From contig CBDBLX010000002.1 of assembly GCA_965207445.1 (NCBI GenBank), positions 1,847,849-1,911,848 of the forward strand: a stretch of DNA of 64,000 bases, given 5' to 3'. The number at the start of each line of letters is the position of its first letter. The first letter of the stretch is position 1. Positions 34,144 through 45,097 of this stretch are shown here, piece after piece. The notes below the pieces were generated by a model. It was given only the letters and a program-made list of their open reading frames with translations, was not told the DNA's origin and made no database searches. A program made the position numbers and the translations under genes. Origin of the DNA: Nitrosopumilus sp. GTDB lineage: Archaea > Thermoproteota > Nitrososphaeria > Nitrososphaerales > Nitrosopumilaceae.

Positions 34144-35573
34144 TGACACAAAAGCAACAAACATTATTTGATAAAATATGGATCGCGCACCAAATACATC
34201 GCAAAGAAAACAATGGACCATCCCTACTCTATGTGGACAGGCATATGATACACGAGGTCACGTCACCTCAAGCATTTGAATCCCTGCGCATAAACAACAG
34301 AAGAGTAAGGCGTCCAGACAAGACCATTGCAACGATGGACCACAACGTTCCGACCATATCAGAACACAGAAGACTCCCCATGGCAGATCAAATATCAGAT
34401 ATCCAAGTACGCACGCTATCTCAAAACTGCAAAGAGTTTGGAATAGAACTATTTGAGATGAACAACGAAAAACAAGGAATAGTGCACGTCATAGGGCCTC
34501 AGCTTGGAATCACACTTCCAGGCGCCACAATAGTTTGCGGTGACAGTCATACATCAACTCATGGTGCATTTGGAGCACTTGCATTTGGTATAGGTACTAG
34601 TGAGGTAGAACACGTCTTGGCATCTCAGACAATATGGATGCAAAAACCAAAGTCACTGGAGATCAATATAACTGGAAAGAGACGCAATCCAAATGCTGTC
34701 ACTGCAAAAGATATCATACTATACATAATAAGACAGATAGGAACAGACGGCGGTACGGGGACAGTAATCGAGTACAGGGGCCAGACAATATCAGAGTTGA
34801 CAATGGAGCAGCGCATGACAATATGTAACATGTCAATTGAAGCAGGTGCTCGAGCAGGCATGATGGCACCAGATGATACTACATATCAATATCTACGCAA
34901 TAGAGAGTACACCCCGACAAATTACGAGGATATGGTAGATGTATGGAAAGAGACACTTGTAACAGACAAAGATGCCATATTTGATAAGAGTTATTCAATA
35001 GATGTAAGTGATATTGCACCGCAGATTAGTTGGGGTACAAATCCAGGTATGACGTGTGATATCACAGATACAGTACCAGACCCACAAACATATGCCAATG
35101 GAGATGAGTCAAAAGAGAAAAGTGCAAAAAGAGCACTCTGGTATATGGGACTAGAGCCAAACACAAAGATGACAGACATTGCAATTGACAAGGTCTTTAT
35201 CGGATCTTGTACTAATGCTAGGATTGAGGACTTGCAACAAGCCGCACTCATGATTAATGGCAAGAGAGTCGCAGATACAGTGAGTGCAATTGTGGTTCCA
35301 GGCTCACAACAAGTCAAAAGTATGGCAGAGCACATTGGACTAGATAAAATATTTAAGAATGCAGGATTTGAGTGGCGAGAGTCAGGGTGTAGTATGTGTC
35401 TTGGGATGAATCCAGATATACTTGCACCAAAAGAGAGGTGTGCGAGTACATCTAATCGAAACTTTGAGGGCAGACAAGGAACAGGAGGCAGAACACATCT
35501 GATGAGTCCAATAATGGCAGCTGCTGCTGCAATACATGGACATTTTGTTGATGTAAGAGATGAGATCAAATAA
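34143..35573 (+). CDS. leuC: 3-isopropylmalate dehydratase large subunit (bacterial type)
   Basis: [34 protein letters not shown]. Confidence 0.95.
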   Translation: MTQKQQTLFDKIWIAHQIHRKENNGPSLLYVDRHMIHEVTSPQAFESLRINNRRVRRPDKTIATMDHNVPTISEHRRLPMADQISDIQVRTLSQNCKEFGIELFEMNNEKQGIVHVIGPQLGITLPGATIVCGDSHTSTHGAFGALAFGIGTSEVEHVLASQTIWMQKPKSLEINITGKRRNPNAVTAKDIILYIIRQIGTDGGTGTVIEYRGQTISELTMEQRMTICNMSIEAGARAGMMAPDDTTYQYLRNREYTPTNYEDMVDVWKETLVTDKDAIFDKSYSIDVSDIAPQISWGTNPGMTCDITDTVPDPQTYANGDESKEKSAKRALWYMGLEPNTKMTDIAIDKVFIGSCTNARIEDLQQAALMINGKRVADTVSAIVVPGSQQVKSMAEHIGLDKIFKNAGFEWRESGCSMCLGMNPDILAPKERCASTSNRNFEGRQGTGGRTHLMSPIMAAAAAIHGHFVDVRDEIK

Positions 35574-36208
35574 TGAGACCATTTAATATTGTAAACAGTA
35601 TAGTGGTACCACTTGAGAAGATAAATGTAGATACTGATCAAATAATTCCAAAACAATTCCTAAAGTTGGTGCAAAGAACTGGATTTGGCAGATATCTGTT
35701 TTATGACTGGAGATACAAAGATGGCAATGAATCGAACTTACAAGAGGACTTTGTGTTAAATGATCCAAAGTACAAAGGTGCCACCATATTGATTGCAGGT
35801 GAGAACTTTGGGTGTGGCTCATCAAGGGAGCATGCAGTATGGGCACTTTCAGATTATGGATTCAAGGTGATAATTGCACCATCATTTGCAGACATATTTT
35901 ACAATAATTGCTTTAAGAATGGTGTGCTTGCAATTACACTAGAATATAATCAGATAAAAAAGATACTAGAGGCTAGTGTAACAGAGATTAAAGTGGATTT
36001 ACAAAATAAAGCAATCAATATATACAAAGATGATGCCACAAGTGAGACGATAGACTTTGAGATAGACTCACATAGGCGCACAGTTCTTTTGGAAGGATTA
36101 GATGAGATTGCACAGACACTAGAGTACAATGACAAGATAACTGAATTTGAAATAAAGTCTAGTAAAAGAATAGATTTTGCACCCCCAGTTACAAAGAGAC
36201 AGTTGTAA
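35573..36208 (+). CDS. leuD: 3-isopropylmalate dehydratase small subunit (bacterial type)
   Basis: NVDTDQIIPKQFL, GSSREHAVW, LLEGLD. Confidence 0.95.
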   Translation: MRPFNIVNSIVVPLEKINVDTDQIIPKQFLKLVQRTGFGRYLFYDWRYKDGNESNLQEDFVLNDPKYKGATILIAGENFGCGSSREHAVWALSDYGFKVIIAPSFADIFYNNCFKNGVLAITLEYNQIKKILEASVTEIKVDLQNKAINIYKDDATSETIDFEIDSHRRTVLLEGLDEIAQTLEYNDKITEFEIKSSKRIDFAPPVTKRQL

Positions 36209-36311
36209 GTGGGATTTGCACAAACAGATATGGCCAAGTGATTTGCACGGTTTATTATTAGTGGATAATCACATTATGATGACTGTAATATGATAAACTA
36301 TAGGATATAGA

Positions 36312-37160
36312 TTAATCGTCACTGGTGGCGCGCATAGTAGATATTATTTTATCTACACGAGACTTGTTGCGCTCCAAAACTACAGGTGACTCTGCATCCA
36401 CCCATTGAGAATCTCCAATATCAAATGCACTTATTGCACCTTTTTTTGAGAGTGACTCTAATATGTCATGTGAGAGATTGACATGAGGTTTTGCAGACTC
36501 AAGAGACTCAGAAATATCACGAGGACTAGTGTTGTTGTTATTATTATTAGTAGTAGTAGTAGATCTCATCAAAGATATCTTTTGTCCCATTACATCTTTG
36601 ATGTTAGACAATACACTATGATGCAGTATATACACACCAAGGCACTCAGATAATGGAAGATTCACAGTAGGCTTTTCAACAAATTTACTAACTATACCAT
36701 TATCATCAACGAGTGCAAAACCAGTCTCCTCTGGCCGTACATTTCGAATGGCAATACATGCAGTACTATTTCTAGTACGAAACTGCTCAAGCATGCCATC
36801 TAAATCAACTGCACATAGATTATCTGCAAACCACAATACAAATGGCTCATCATCAGATATCATATCATATACGTGAAGCAGATCACCTCCTGTGCCACTC
36901 TGAGAGTCTTGAACAAATACAAGTTTACCAGAATCAGATGGTTGTTCATTACCTGTACCATAATAGTTTCGTATTTGACCACCCAATCCTCTCAAATCAG
37001 TTATTACTATAATCTGATCGATGAACTCAAAGGACATAATATATCGGATTATGTAATCTATGAGGGGTTTATCAGATATAGGTGTCATTGCCTTTGGAAA
37101 GTATTCTGTGTATGGTCGTCCACGAGTACCTTGTCCGCCTGCCATTAGTACTGCTTTCAA
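36312..37160 (-). CDS. Sugar-phosphate nucleotidyltransferase
   Basis: AGGQGTRGRPYT..PK, FVEKP. Confidence 0.88.
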   Translation of the reverse strand: MKAVLMAGGQGTRGRPYTEYFPKAMTPISDKPLIDYIIRYIMSFEFIDQIIVITDLRGLGGQIRNYYGTGNEQPSDSGKLVFVQDSQSGTGGDLLHVYDMISDDEPFVLWFADNLCAVDLDGMLEQFRTRNSTACIAIRNVRPEETGFALVDDNGIVSKFVEKPTVNLPLSECLGVYILHHSVLSNIKDVMGQKISLMRSTTTTNNNNNNTSPRDISESLESAKPHVNLSHDILESLSKKGAISAFDIGDSQWVDAESPVVLERNKSRVDKIISTMRATSDD

Positions 37161-37311
37161 TATGTGTTGTGTAAAATGGGCGACTATTAATTATGATCGA
37201 GTGCATCATTATTTCACAGATGTAGCCAAGACAACAACCAAAAAAAATAGTAGACATCTTTTAATAATTAAGTGTCTACAGATATAATTTGTAAACTACA
37301 ACCACACCAAA

Positions 37312-37770
37312 TCATCGGTATGATTTTTGTCTTCGTCTTCGTGCACCAGGCCCACCGAACTTTTTGGGCTCTTTGCGTCGTGCATCACCACTAATCAGAT
37401 ACTTGTCATATTCAGTTATCTTTTTGCGCAATGCCTCACGTTCTGCAAGTGTAAATGGATGAGATTTTGGATCTTTTTTTGACTTTGTCCACCCAGTCAA
37501 TGCACGTGACAGACCAATTGCAACAGCACTGGCTTGGCCCATAAACCCACCACCACGAACACGAACAGAGATATCAATATTTTTGCGCATGTCACCTATC
37601 AACTCTAATGGTGCCAACATAACTTCTCTTGCAGTCTCTTGGGGGATCATCTCAAGTGGGATATTATTTATCCTGACCTTGCCTTGTCCCTTTCTAATAA
37701 ACACATGCGCACTAGATGTCTTGCGAGTTGCAAAATAGATCTCAGTTTTTGGTACCGTCATTCTGTCCAC
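37312..37770 (-). CDS. rps9: 30S ribosomal protein S9 (uS9)
   Basis: GGGFMGQA, EPKKFGGPGARRRRQKSYR. Confidence 0.97.
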   Translation of the reverse strand: MDRMTVPKTEIYFATRKTSSAHVFIRKGQGKVRINNIPLEMIPQETAREVMLAPLELIGDMRKNIDISVRVRGGGFMGQASAVAIGLSRALTGWTKSKKDPKSHPFTLAEREALRKKITEYDKYLISGDARRKEPKKFGGPGARRRRQKSYR

Positions 37771-38423
37771 CCAATTACCCTACATAACTCACCCATTGTT
37801 GTATATGATGAAGCAGTACGTCTAATTTTTGCTTTTTCAAACTGTACCTTTTTAAATGATTTTAACTCTTTTGGAGAGCCAACATATGCACGTAGTCGCT
37901 TGTGTGCAGTTTTACCAGAAGGTTTCTTCTCAAATGGTAGCATACCACGTATCATTTTTGTAATTACGGTATCAGGCCTGCGATAATGAACGGGTCCATG
38001 TTTCGGATTTATTATACTGTTTATCTTTAGAAATTGCCTATACTCGTATATGGTATTGGCACGTGTACCACTTATCATTATACGCTCACAGTTCACAAGT
38101 GAAACACGATTTCCTTGCAATAATAATTTTGCAACTAGAGACGATAGTCTGCCTGCAATGTGATTAGTGGCATCAACTACAATTGGAGTGCCGGTGATAT
38201 CAGGTGACTTTGGTTTGTCATACTCTAGCATGGCAACACTACTACTAGATGTCTTTGATGCATCATCAATAGTATTTGACGAGTCTGTAGATGAATCTTG
38301 GGTAGTTATCTCTTTGTGGGTTTCAAGGTTCAAATCAAAGACGTCGTTATCAGGTTGTGGTGATGGTGATGATGATGGTACATCATCATCAACATTATCA
38401 GAGGGTGTGTTATCATCAGCCAA
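37758..38423 (-). CDS. rpl13: 50S ribosomal protein L13 (uL13) with long acidic N-terminal extension
   Basis: VVDATNHIAGRLSS, GPVHYRRPD, IRGMLP. Confidence 0.95.
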   Translation of the reverse strand: MADDNTPSDNVDDDVPSSSPSPQPDNDVFDLNLETHKEITTQDSSTDSSNTIDDASKTSSSSVAMLEYDKPKSPDITGTPIVVDATNHIAGRLSSLVAKLLLQGNRVSLVNCERIMISGTRANTIYEYRQFLKINSIINPKHGPVHYRRPDTVITKMIRGMLPFEKKPSGKTAHKRLRAYVGSPKELKSFKKVQFEKAKIRRTASSYTTMGELCRVIGWTE

Positions 38424-38763
38424 GCAGTACCACTCCTTTGCCAGTAGGATTTGATTCTACAAGTGTATCGTGTGATATTATAGTCCCACCTGCTGCTTTA
38501 ATCTTTGCAAGTGCACTGGCAGATATTGAAAAAGAGTACAAGGTTATGCTATGTTGTATGTTTCCTGTGCCTAGTACTTTGCCTGGAAATACAACAGTAT
38601 CATTTGTCTTTGTTAATTGGTTTATCTGCTTTATGTTGATATTACGACGGGCACGTGATGGTTTTAGCATGTATGTAGATAGTACAGACCACAAGGGAGT
38701 CTTGTGTGTAATAAATGCTTTATGAAATGCACGTGCAGTGCGTGCGATAATTGGATTTGCCAT
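38416..38763 (-). CDS. rpl18e: 50S ribosomal protein L18e (eL18)
   Basis: VVFPGKVLGTG, KIKAAGG, NPTGKGV. Confidence 0.93.
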   Translation of the reverse strand: MANPIIARTARAFHKAFITHKTPLWSVLSTYMLKPSRARRNINIKQINQLTKTNDTVVFPGKVLGTGNIQHSITLYSFSISASALAKIKAAGGTIISHDTLVESNPTGKGVVLLG

Positions 38764-39458
38764 GTGAGATGCCGTTTATGGCCCAAATATAATGTATGCA
38801 AGAGGGACATAATTTGCACAATTTTGAGAAAATCTATTCATTTCAATATCAAATCAATCAAGAGTACATCAAGTGAGTAATAATTAGCATCAGAGATGGC
38901 CGTCACATTCAACATACACAGAATTTTAGAAATGTGGGTTTAGTATGTCAGTGAGATTGACCAGTAAAGCCATACAAGTCACAGATAGTGTGGTGATAGT
39001 TGTAATCAGGATAGTTGTTAAATCATACTGTGAAGAGTATAAGTGATAATGTAAGTGAATATATTATATAATAGTCAAATATCGTAATTTGACACCAGTG
39101 TAGTAATAATTGTATTGATATGATTTAACTGTGCAGAAATTAAATTTAAAAAATGCATATATTTTTAAAATTGAGCATACGGCCACAAGATCTAGGAATT
39201 TTTGTTGTATGGTATAATGTACATATACATATATACCATAATCCATCATATACAGTAATCCATCATATACAGTAATCCATCATATGGGGCAAGCCATCAC
39301 ACAAACACACATACGTAAAAAGTATGGTTGTCAAAATCCAAATGAGTGCAATGATGCAATACTCAGATAATTTTTTGACTTTGAAAATAATACATTACAT
39401 TGATGGTATAATAAGAATTCATAAAATAGACATGAAAAATAAATAATCAAAACATGAT

Positions 39459-40097
39459 TTATTGAGGTAGGTTGTTTATAGTGTTTTTAAAGTCTACTAG
39501 TTTACGGTTTACCTCATCAATACCTGCAACAAGTATCTGCTCTGGTGCAATTGCACCAGTAGACTCTATTGTAAGTATATGCTCATCATCAGAATCACCA
39601 TTAACCAACACAGAGACATTAGCCGAGTTCCATTTTGCATGTTGCGTTCCACGTCCGAGTCGTGCATAACACTCTACTTTGATCTTTTGTCCAGGTGCTA
39701 GTTTTACTATTGGAATATTGCCAGATATTGGCATGACTTGATCATCATCAGATGTAAGACTCTCAGACATGACAGTTATAGTCTCAGAACTAGCTTCGGC
39801 ATCAAGAAGCAACATTACACGATAGTCAGAGAATTCAGATTCATTTTCAGATTGAAAATCTGCAATATCATGTAGTCCTTTGAGATCAGTCTTTAATGGT
39901 ATTAGTCCTAGTCGGTGTGCTAGTCCCTCATCAGGTAGTACAGAAGAGTTTGCTACAATATCAACTGTATCTATCGCAAACACAGGTACACCATTAAGAC
40001 ATACCCTTCGTAGTGCATTTGCATATTGCAAGGATACACCCTTTAGTTTTACTGATATTTTTTGATCATCTTTGCTTAGTATCTCTAGGGAAGACAA
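39459..40097 (-). CDS. rpoD: DNA-directed RNA polymerase subunit D (Rpo3)
   Basis: YANALRR, NSSVLPDEGLAHRLGLIPL, GRGTQHAKW. Confidence 0.95.
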   Translation of the reverse strand: MSSLEILSKDDQKISVKLKGVSLQYANALRRVCLNGVPVFAIDTVDIVANSSVLPDEGLAHRLGLIPLKTDLKGLHDIADFQSENESEFSDYRVMLLLDAEASSETITVMSESLTSDDDQVMPISGNIPIVKLAPGQKIKVECYARLGRGTQHAKWNSANVSVLVNGDSDDEHILTIESTGAIAPEQILVAGIDEVNRKLVDFKNTINNLPQ

Positions 40098-40296
40098 ATC
40101 TGTTTTTTCTCTTTAAATTCTAAATAAAAATCTAGATATTAGCGTGACTTTGTCCGAAAAGGCCCAAATGTGTAGTTTGATCTTTTCACCAATTGAATCT
40201 ACGAGATCAATTGGTCCGGTTATAAAAAAATGCAACCACATATTCATGAGATCTGCTTACTATTCTCATAGTAGTGCTGTTTGTTCTCATTATTAC

Positions 40297-40410
40297 TGCA
40301 TACTGATATGATTAAAGATCCGATATTTTGATTGATATTCATCTCGAAGTTGAGCACATATTATGAATACAAAATATTAGAAAACTATCGGATCTTTAAT
40401 GAAACTATTA
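40297..40410. repeat. 114-bp palindromic dispersed element, copy A
   Basis: Internal IR ATTAAAGATCCGATA...TATCGGATCTTTAAT; near-identical inverted copy at 63570-63683. Confidence 0.9.
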
Positions 40411-40664
40411 GGCATTCTCTACCTCGCCCACCGTCCAAGGTGTCAGAAGATCCACATCTATGCTAAGCCTTCTTGCTTCCTGTGTGTAAAGATGGAAAGG
40501 CATGCACAGGCCTCCACGTATAATGCAATCAATTTTCGGGGCTATACGAGCATGCATCTCAAGATCCATGATGAGTTTTTCAATGTATAGTTCGTGTGGA
40601 AATCCATACTGCGTGGCAATTGAGGAAATGCTCTTTTAGTTAGCAGATACGAGTATCCTATCAT
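40408..40664 (-). pseudogene. AbiEii/AbiGii-type nucleotidyltransferase toxin, frameshifted and 3'-truncated
   Basis: ATG at 40664 abuts the upstream stop; after a 1-bp frameshift at 40634-40637 it reads IEKLIMD...IIRGGLCM...RRLSIDVDLL. Confidence 0.8.
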
Positions 40665-42572
40665 CTATTCACCCTCCTCCATGTACATCTCAATCTTCCC
40701 CAGGATATTCCTGTGTCTGGCAAGCGATCGTAACTTTTTGGGATCGATCAGGTTATTATCTAGAAGATCAGTCAAGATCGACGCAAGCTCGTCACCGTAC
40801 AGGGAAATCTTTTTTTTATTTACCTCACGGTAAAGATCCAACCAAGCTTTCTCCGGAATTGCCCATGTATCTGACAGCCTCTCTGCATATTCACGTATTA
40901 CAATGAATCTACTGTGCTCTGAAATCCTAAGAGTTATCTCCATCTCAAGTGGCGTGGGATCCAGTAGTACCGTGATATTTTTTGAATGATCAGAGATTAT
41001 CTCCAACAGTTTCTGCCCCGCCCCTTTTACGGTCTGTATATTGTAGACAATCTTGCTGTATGCATTCTGCAAGAACGGAAACAGTGTGCTGAGTCCAGTA
41101 AATTGAAAGTCGTGCACAAACTTTCCCCTTATGTGGTCGTGAAGTTCCACAAGCTCGGCCTCCAGAGAATAATTTGGCCTAGGTACGATTCTTTCATTCA
41201 TCCTACCATTTCTAACCTCCTGCTTTGGCAAGGATTTACCAACAAACTCGACCCACCTCTTGTTTCTCTCAACTACAAAATCCGCGTACTTTGAGGGGTT
41301 ACTCGCCACAAGCTCGGCCTCTATACGTATCATCCCCAAGAGAAACAAGGGATTCTTAAATGTCTTAAATGCATCACTGTCTTTGCTGATCGTGACTTTG
41401 GCCTTGTTGCCTGAACAGTTAATTTGGTAGATGCCCTCTTTGATGCCCTCAAACGCCACATCAATCTCCAACTGACCCCGCAGTATCGTCATGTTGTCTG
41501 CCTCATCCAAGAGTGATTTTGCATTCGTGGCGCTCATTCTAGTGTCTATTGACTTTTCTGGAGCCGCGTCCGGATCGTATTTGAGTACAGATCTGATCTC
41601 AGAGGCGCCCGCCTTTTGAGATGACGATCTTCGCAGCATCTTTGCAACTGTTGGGTCGTTTTTGAATAGGGTGAATGCTTCTTTGTACTCTAATGAGTCT
41701 TCCAAGAATCCAGTCTTGTGAAAGTTGACGGGTACGTGGTCAAGGGATATCGCACCTATTATTTTGGCGACTTCGGGATGATTTCTGATGCCGAATTTAT
41801 CAAAGGCTCTTATGAGCCGCCCCCTCCTGTAAATGTGGATTCCGTAATTGCCCTTGATTGATCTCTTTTTCAAAAGTCCGATCCAGCCGGCTATCTGGCG
41901 GCCGTTTGGAAGTTTTATGTCAACATTTCTCCTCGTGCCTTCTTCCAGTTCCGGTTCGACTGCCTCACAGTCTCTAGAACCTACCCTAATTTTAATCTGC
42001 TCATTTTTCAGATACGGCCCGTATCTGATCCCGAATCGCCTTCTAAAGTTTGATATCTGGTTCGGATACAATGGAACCTTTAGGTTGTTGATTTCTATGC
42101 GCGTCCCAGGCTTGCTTGCATGTTTTTTGGTCTCTTCAATCTCAAAATTGGACCAGTCCCTCGATTCGTCACCAAGCCATTGATCCTCATCATACCTTGT
42201 CGTAAACGTGGGTTGCTGGCCATGTTTTGTGGTGATTATTATAAATGACTTGCCCAAGCTAGAGCACGCACTCTTCATTCCCAGGCCAAACTGTCCTAAC
42301 GTCTCCCCTTTCTTGTCCTTTGTCTCCCTTGCTACAGTCAGCGCATCCTTTAGCTCATCAAGACTCATTCCGAGGCCATCGTCGGTTACTATAATTTGTC
42401 CCCTGCCAAAGTCCAGCTCAACGTGAATATGTTCTTTTTCCCCCTCGATCCTCGCGTCAATTGAGTTGTCTATCAGCTCGGCTATTGCCTGCTCTGTCCG
42501 GTATCCGACAAGACCCAGTTTTTTGATTAGTCTCTTGTCAGGCGTTATGTCTACTTTGGTCTTTCTTGACAT
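40665..42572 (-). CDS. MORC-type GHKL ATPase fused to a C-terminal AbiEi/DUF6577-like domain
   Basis: AELIDNSIDA, DDGLGM, GQFGLGMKSA, GTRIEI, S5-like GIHIYRRGRLI; C-terminal PEKAWLD...LRSLARHR. Confidence 0.85.
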   Translation of the reverse strand: MSRKTKVDITPDKRLIKKLGLVGYRTEQAIAELIDNSIDARIEGEKEHIHVELDFGRGQIIVTDDGLGMSLDELKDALTVARETKDKKGETLGQFGLGMKSACSSLGKSFIIITTKHGQQPTFTTRYDEDQWLGDESRDWSNFEIEETKKHASKPGTRIEINNLKVPLYPNQISNFRRRFGIRYGPYLKNEQIKIRVGSRDCEAVEPELEEGTRRNVDIKLPNGRQIAGWIGLLKKRSIKGNYGIHIYRRGRLIRAFDKFGIRNHPEVAKIIGAISLDHVPVNFHKTGFLEDSLEYKEAFTLFKNDPTVAKMLRRSSSQKAGASEIRSVLKYDPDAAPEKSIDTRMSATNAKSLLDEADNMTILRGQLEIDVAFEGIKEGIYQINCSGNKAKVTISKDSDAFKTFKNPLFLLGMIRIEAELVASNPSKYADFVVERNKRWVEFVGKSLPKQEVRNGRMNERIVPRPNYSLEAELVELHDHIRGKFVHDFQFTGLSTLFPFLQNAYSKIVYNIQTVKGAGQKLLEIISDHSKNITVLLDPTPLEMEITLRISEHSRFIVIREYAERLSDTWAIPEKAWLDLYREVNKKKISLYGDELASILTDLLDNNLIDPKKLRSLARHRNILGKIEMYMEEGE

Positions 42573-42829
42573 GTTACTATCTTTTTTTGCTAACATTATA
42601 TATTTTCGCAACTTAGGATAGCAGTTCATAAGGTATTACTAAACGTTATAATTGCGAAATGTAGTGAAATATCTCATATGCGTTGTAAAGATATTGTAAA
42701 GATAGACAAATCACACATTAAAGCCAACGATGAGACACAGCCATCGCCGGTAGCATGTCACCTCCCCCCGCTGCACTGTGTCTAAATAAGGTCACATTAA
42801 TACGAATATCCTCTGAGTGAACATATGTA

Positions 42830-43626
42830 TCATGTCGGGCCCGTATATCTAATAGCCACATATGTGACCTCTTCAATGTATTTGTCCGGCATTAATCCCG
42901 ATGGACTGAACACTTGCCACTCGAGTACTTTTAATCCAGGATCATTCCAAAAGTTTGAGAATTTATTAAATGGCAGAATTATAAATCCTGATCCACGTGG
43001 CGCATCTAGAGGGGGTTTTAGTTAGTATTCGCCAAGGCTTGTTGAGCTTCCGCCGTAGCTTGCTGAGCTTTCTGGCCTCTTGTCTAAATGTTTGAAGCAG
43101 CCTCCCAGGCTTGTTGAGCTTCCGCCATAGCTTGCTCAGCTTTCTCCAAGGCTTGCGCAACTTCCGTCGCGGCTTGCTCACCATTCGCCACGGCTTGTTT
43201 AGCTTTTGCAGTGAGTTGCTCGGTTTGCTCACCATTCGCCAAGGCTTGCTCAGCTTTCTCCACGGCTTGTTTAGCTTCCGCTTCGAGTTGCTCAGCTTTT
43301 GCAGTGAGTTGCTGAACTTCCGCATGGAGTTGCTGAGCTTTCTCCACGGCTTTCTCAGCATAATGCAGGTTATCTTCGAGTTGTCTTTCAAGTGCAAAGT
43401 CCGCAGGAGTCGGGGGCGTATATCTGATGGCCACATATGTGACGTCCTCAATATCTGTATCCGGTACTAGACCGGATGGACTGAACACTTGCCACTCGAT
43501 TACTTTTGTGTACTTGTCGTTCCAAATTTCTTCCAATTGGCTAAATGGCACAACTACGAATCGTGAACCAAGGAGGGCATCTTGAGTGCATTTCCCAAGG
43601 TGTGATTTTTCTTCTTCGTTACTCAT
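42830..43626 (-). pseudogene. Protein with two copies of an unknown ~60-aa domain around an Ala/Glu/Gln coiled coil; broken by TAG (43084-43086) and a frameshift (~43020)
   Basis: EWQVFSPSGL.PD..IE.VTYVAIRYT occurs in ORF 43084-43626 and again at 42830-43021. Confidence 0.75.
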
Positions 43627-44173
43627 ATATATATATTTAACTTGTTACAAATATATATCTTCGGATTGATCATATTACAGTGTGGGATATGGTCACAGAA
43701 AGGGTTAGAGATTTGCCTGTCGTTATAGAGCGGGTTGGAAATGTCCCCCGGGCGTAACAGATTCCCACTGTTGCGGCAGTATATATGGCCGCTTCGGATA
43801 TGTCCATACTACTGTCGGCGGCTACAAGTCCTAAAAGAACACTTGAGAAATTTGCAGAGTAACGCTCTGATGTGCCAACTATAGTGCCGTTTGCTGCCTG
43901 TCTTATGGGTTCATTTGCGGAATTGTTTATTGTGTTTATAAGATCATTTGAATCTGTGGAAAATACATCTCACAGGAATTATACGCGTCGATAACACTAT
44001 GCGAGGTATTATGATGTAACGTAATTTAAGATATTACTAGTACTCTAAACAAGTGGCAAAAGCAAAGTTAACGTGGTTGAGCATTCATGTTTTCATTGTG
44101 GCGTCTATACAGGGATGTATTTTTATGGACATGCTGATAAAATCAACTCTGCTAGGTTTACATTATAATAGAT

Positions 44174-44958
44174 TCATGCTGAAAAGAGTCGCAACAATTC
44201 TATATTTGGATCTTTGTCTTGAGCTTTCCATGTCATCAAAACGCTTGCAATGATACAGTGTATTTTGGCCCCTTTTATGCCCCAAAACCAAAAACTCGAA
44301 TTCCGTTTGAGTACAAATGGGCGTATTCCTCGCTCGGCTATGTTGTTTGTAAGTGACATCTCAAGGTGACATACTGCAGTAAACAAGTGATCAGTGTAGT
44401 TGAATAAATATCTGCCAGTTAGCTCCTCAGTCTAGTAATTGTTCACCGATAGTTTTCATAAATTTGATGAGTCTGTTTATTTCAGTTGTGGGTGTGTCTG
44501 GTGACAGTGTTTTTGTGTATTGGTATGTGGCCATAATTATACCATACAGGTATGTTGTAATCGAATCTTTTAGCTTTACAGTGTTGATTTTAATCGTGGT
44601 CTTTATGTGCGCCCAGCATAATTGATACGTATCAAAGCAATTGTATGAGGGTGCTGCTGCATCACGTGTCACTTTCAAGTGAGGATGCGGATTGGCTTGT
44701 TTTACATCATTCATTGAGCAGGATGGTAGGGCTTGATATTGAATCCATATTTTGCCACCGATTGTAATTTAGTCTGCCACTCTTTTTGCCAATCTTTATT
44801 GGTGTGTCATCAATATTTCCTGCTGCGCTATTTCCGATCTCTTTGCCTATACGCTCGTACTCGGAGGTAATCTTTGCAGATGCTGCCTTTAATCCTTTTT
44901 GCAAAGTATCGTGAGTGAATTTTTTGTGATTATCGATATCATCGACGAGTTGTTTCAT
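44174..44958 (-). pseudogene. IS66-family transposase relic in three fragments
   Basis: NIDDTP, YQLCWAHI, TNNIAERGIRPFVLKR. Confidence 0.8.
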
Positions 44959-45097
44959 TGTGTGAACATTAAATGATGAGCGTATGAGTTTAACAAGAAA
45001 GTGTTTTCCAAGTACCTGATTATAGAATCATGCATATAGTTTATGCTGCCACAATTCGCACACCAATATACACGTGTGAGTGAGTGAGTGAGTGACA

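Noticed and set aside
43084..43086. Pyrrolysine or programmed read-through of the in-frame TAG
   Set aside because: No pyl genes are visible, and a further frameshift follows, so decay is the simpler explanation.
44000..45050. Intact IS66 element as the autonomous partner of the MITE
   Set aside because: The transposase is fragmented and I could not find GTAACCGTTCAA-type ends around it.
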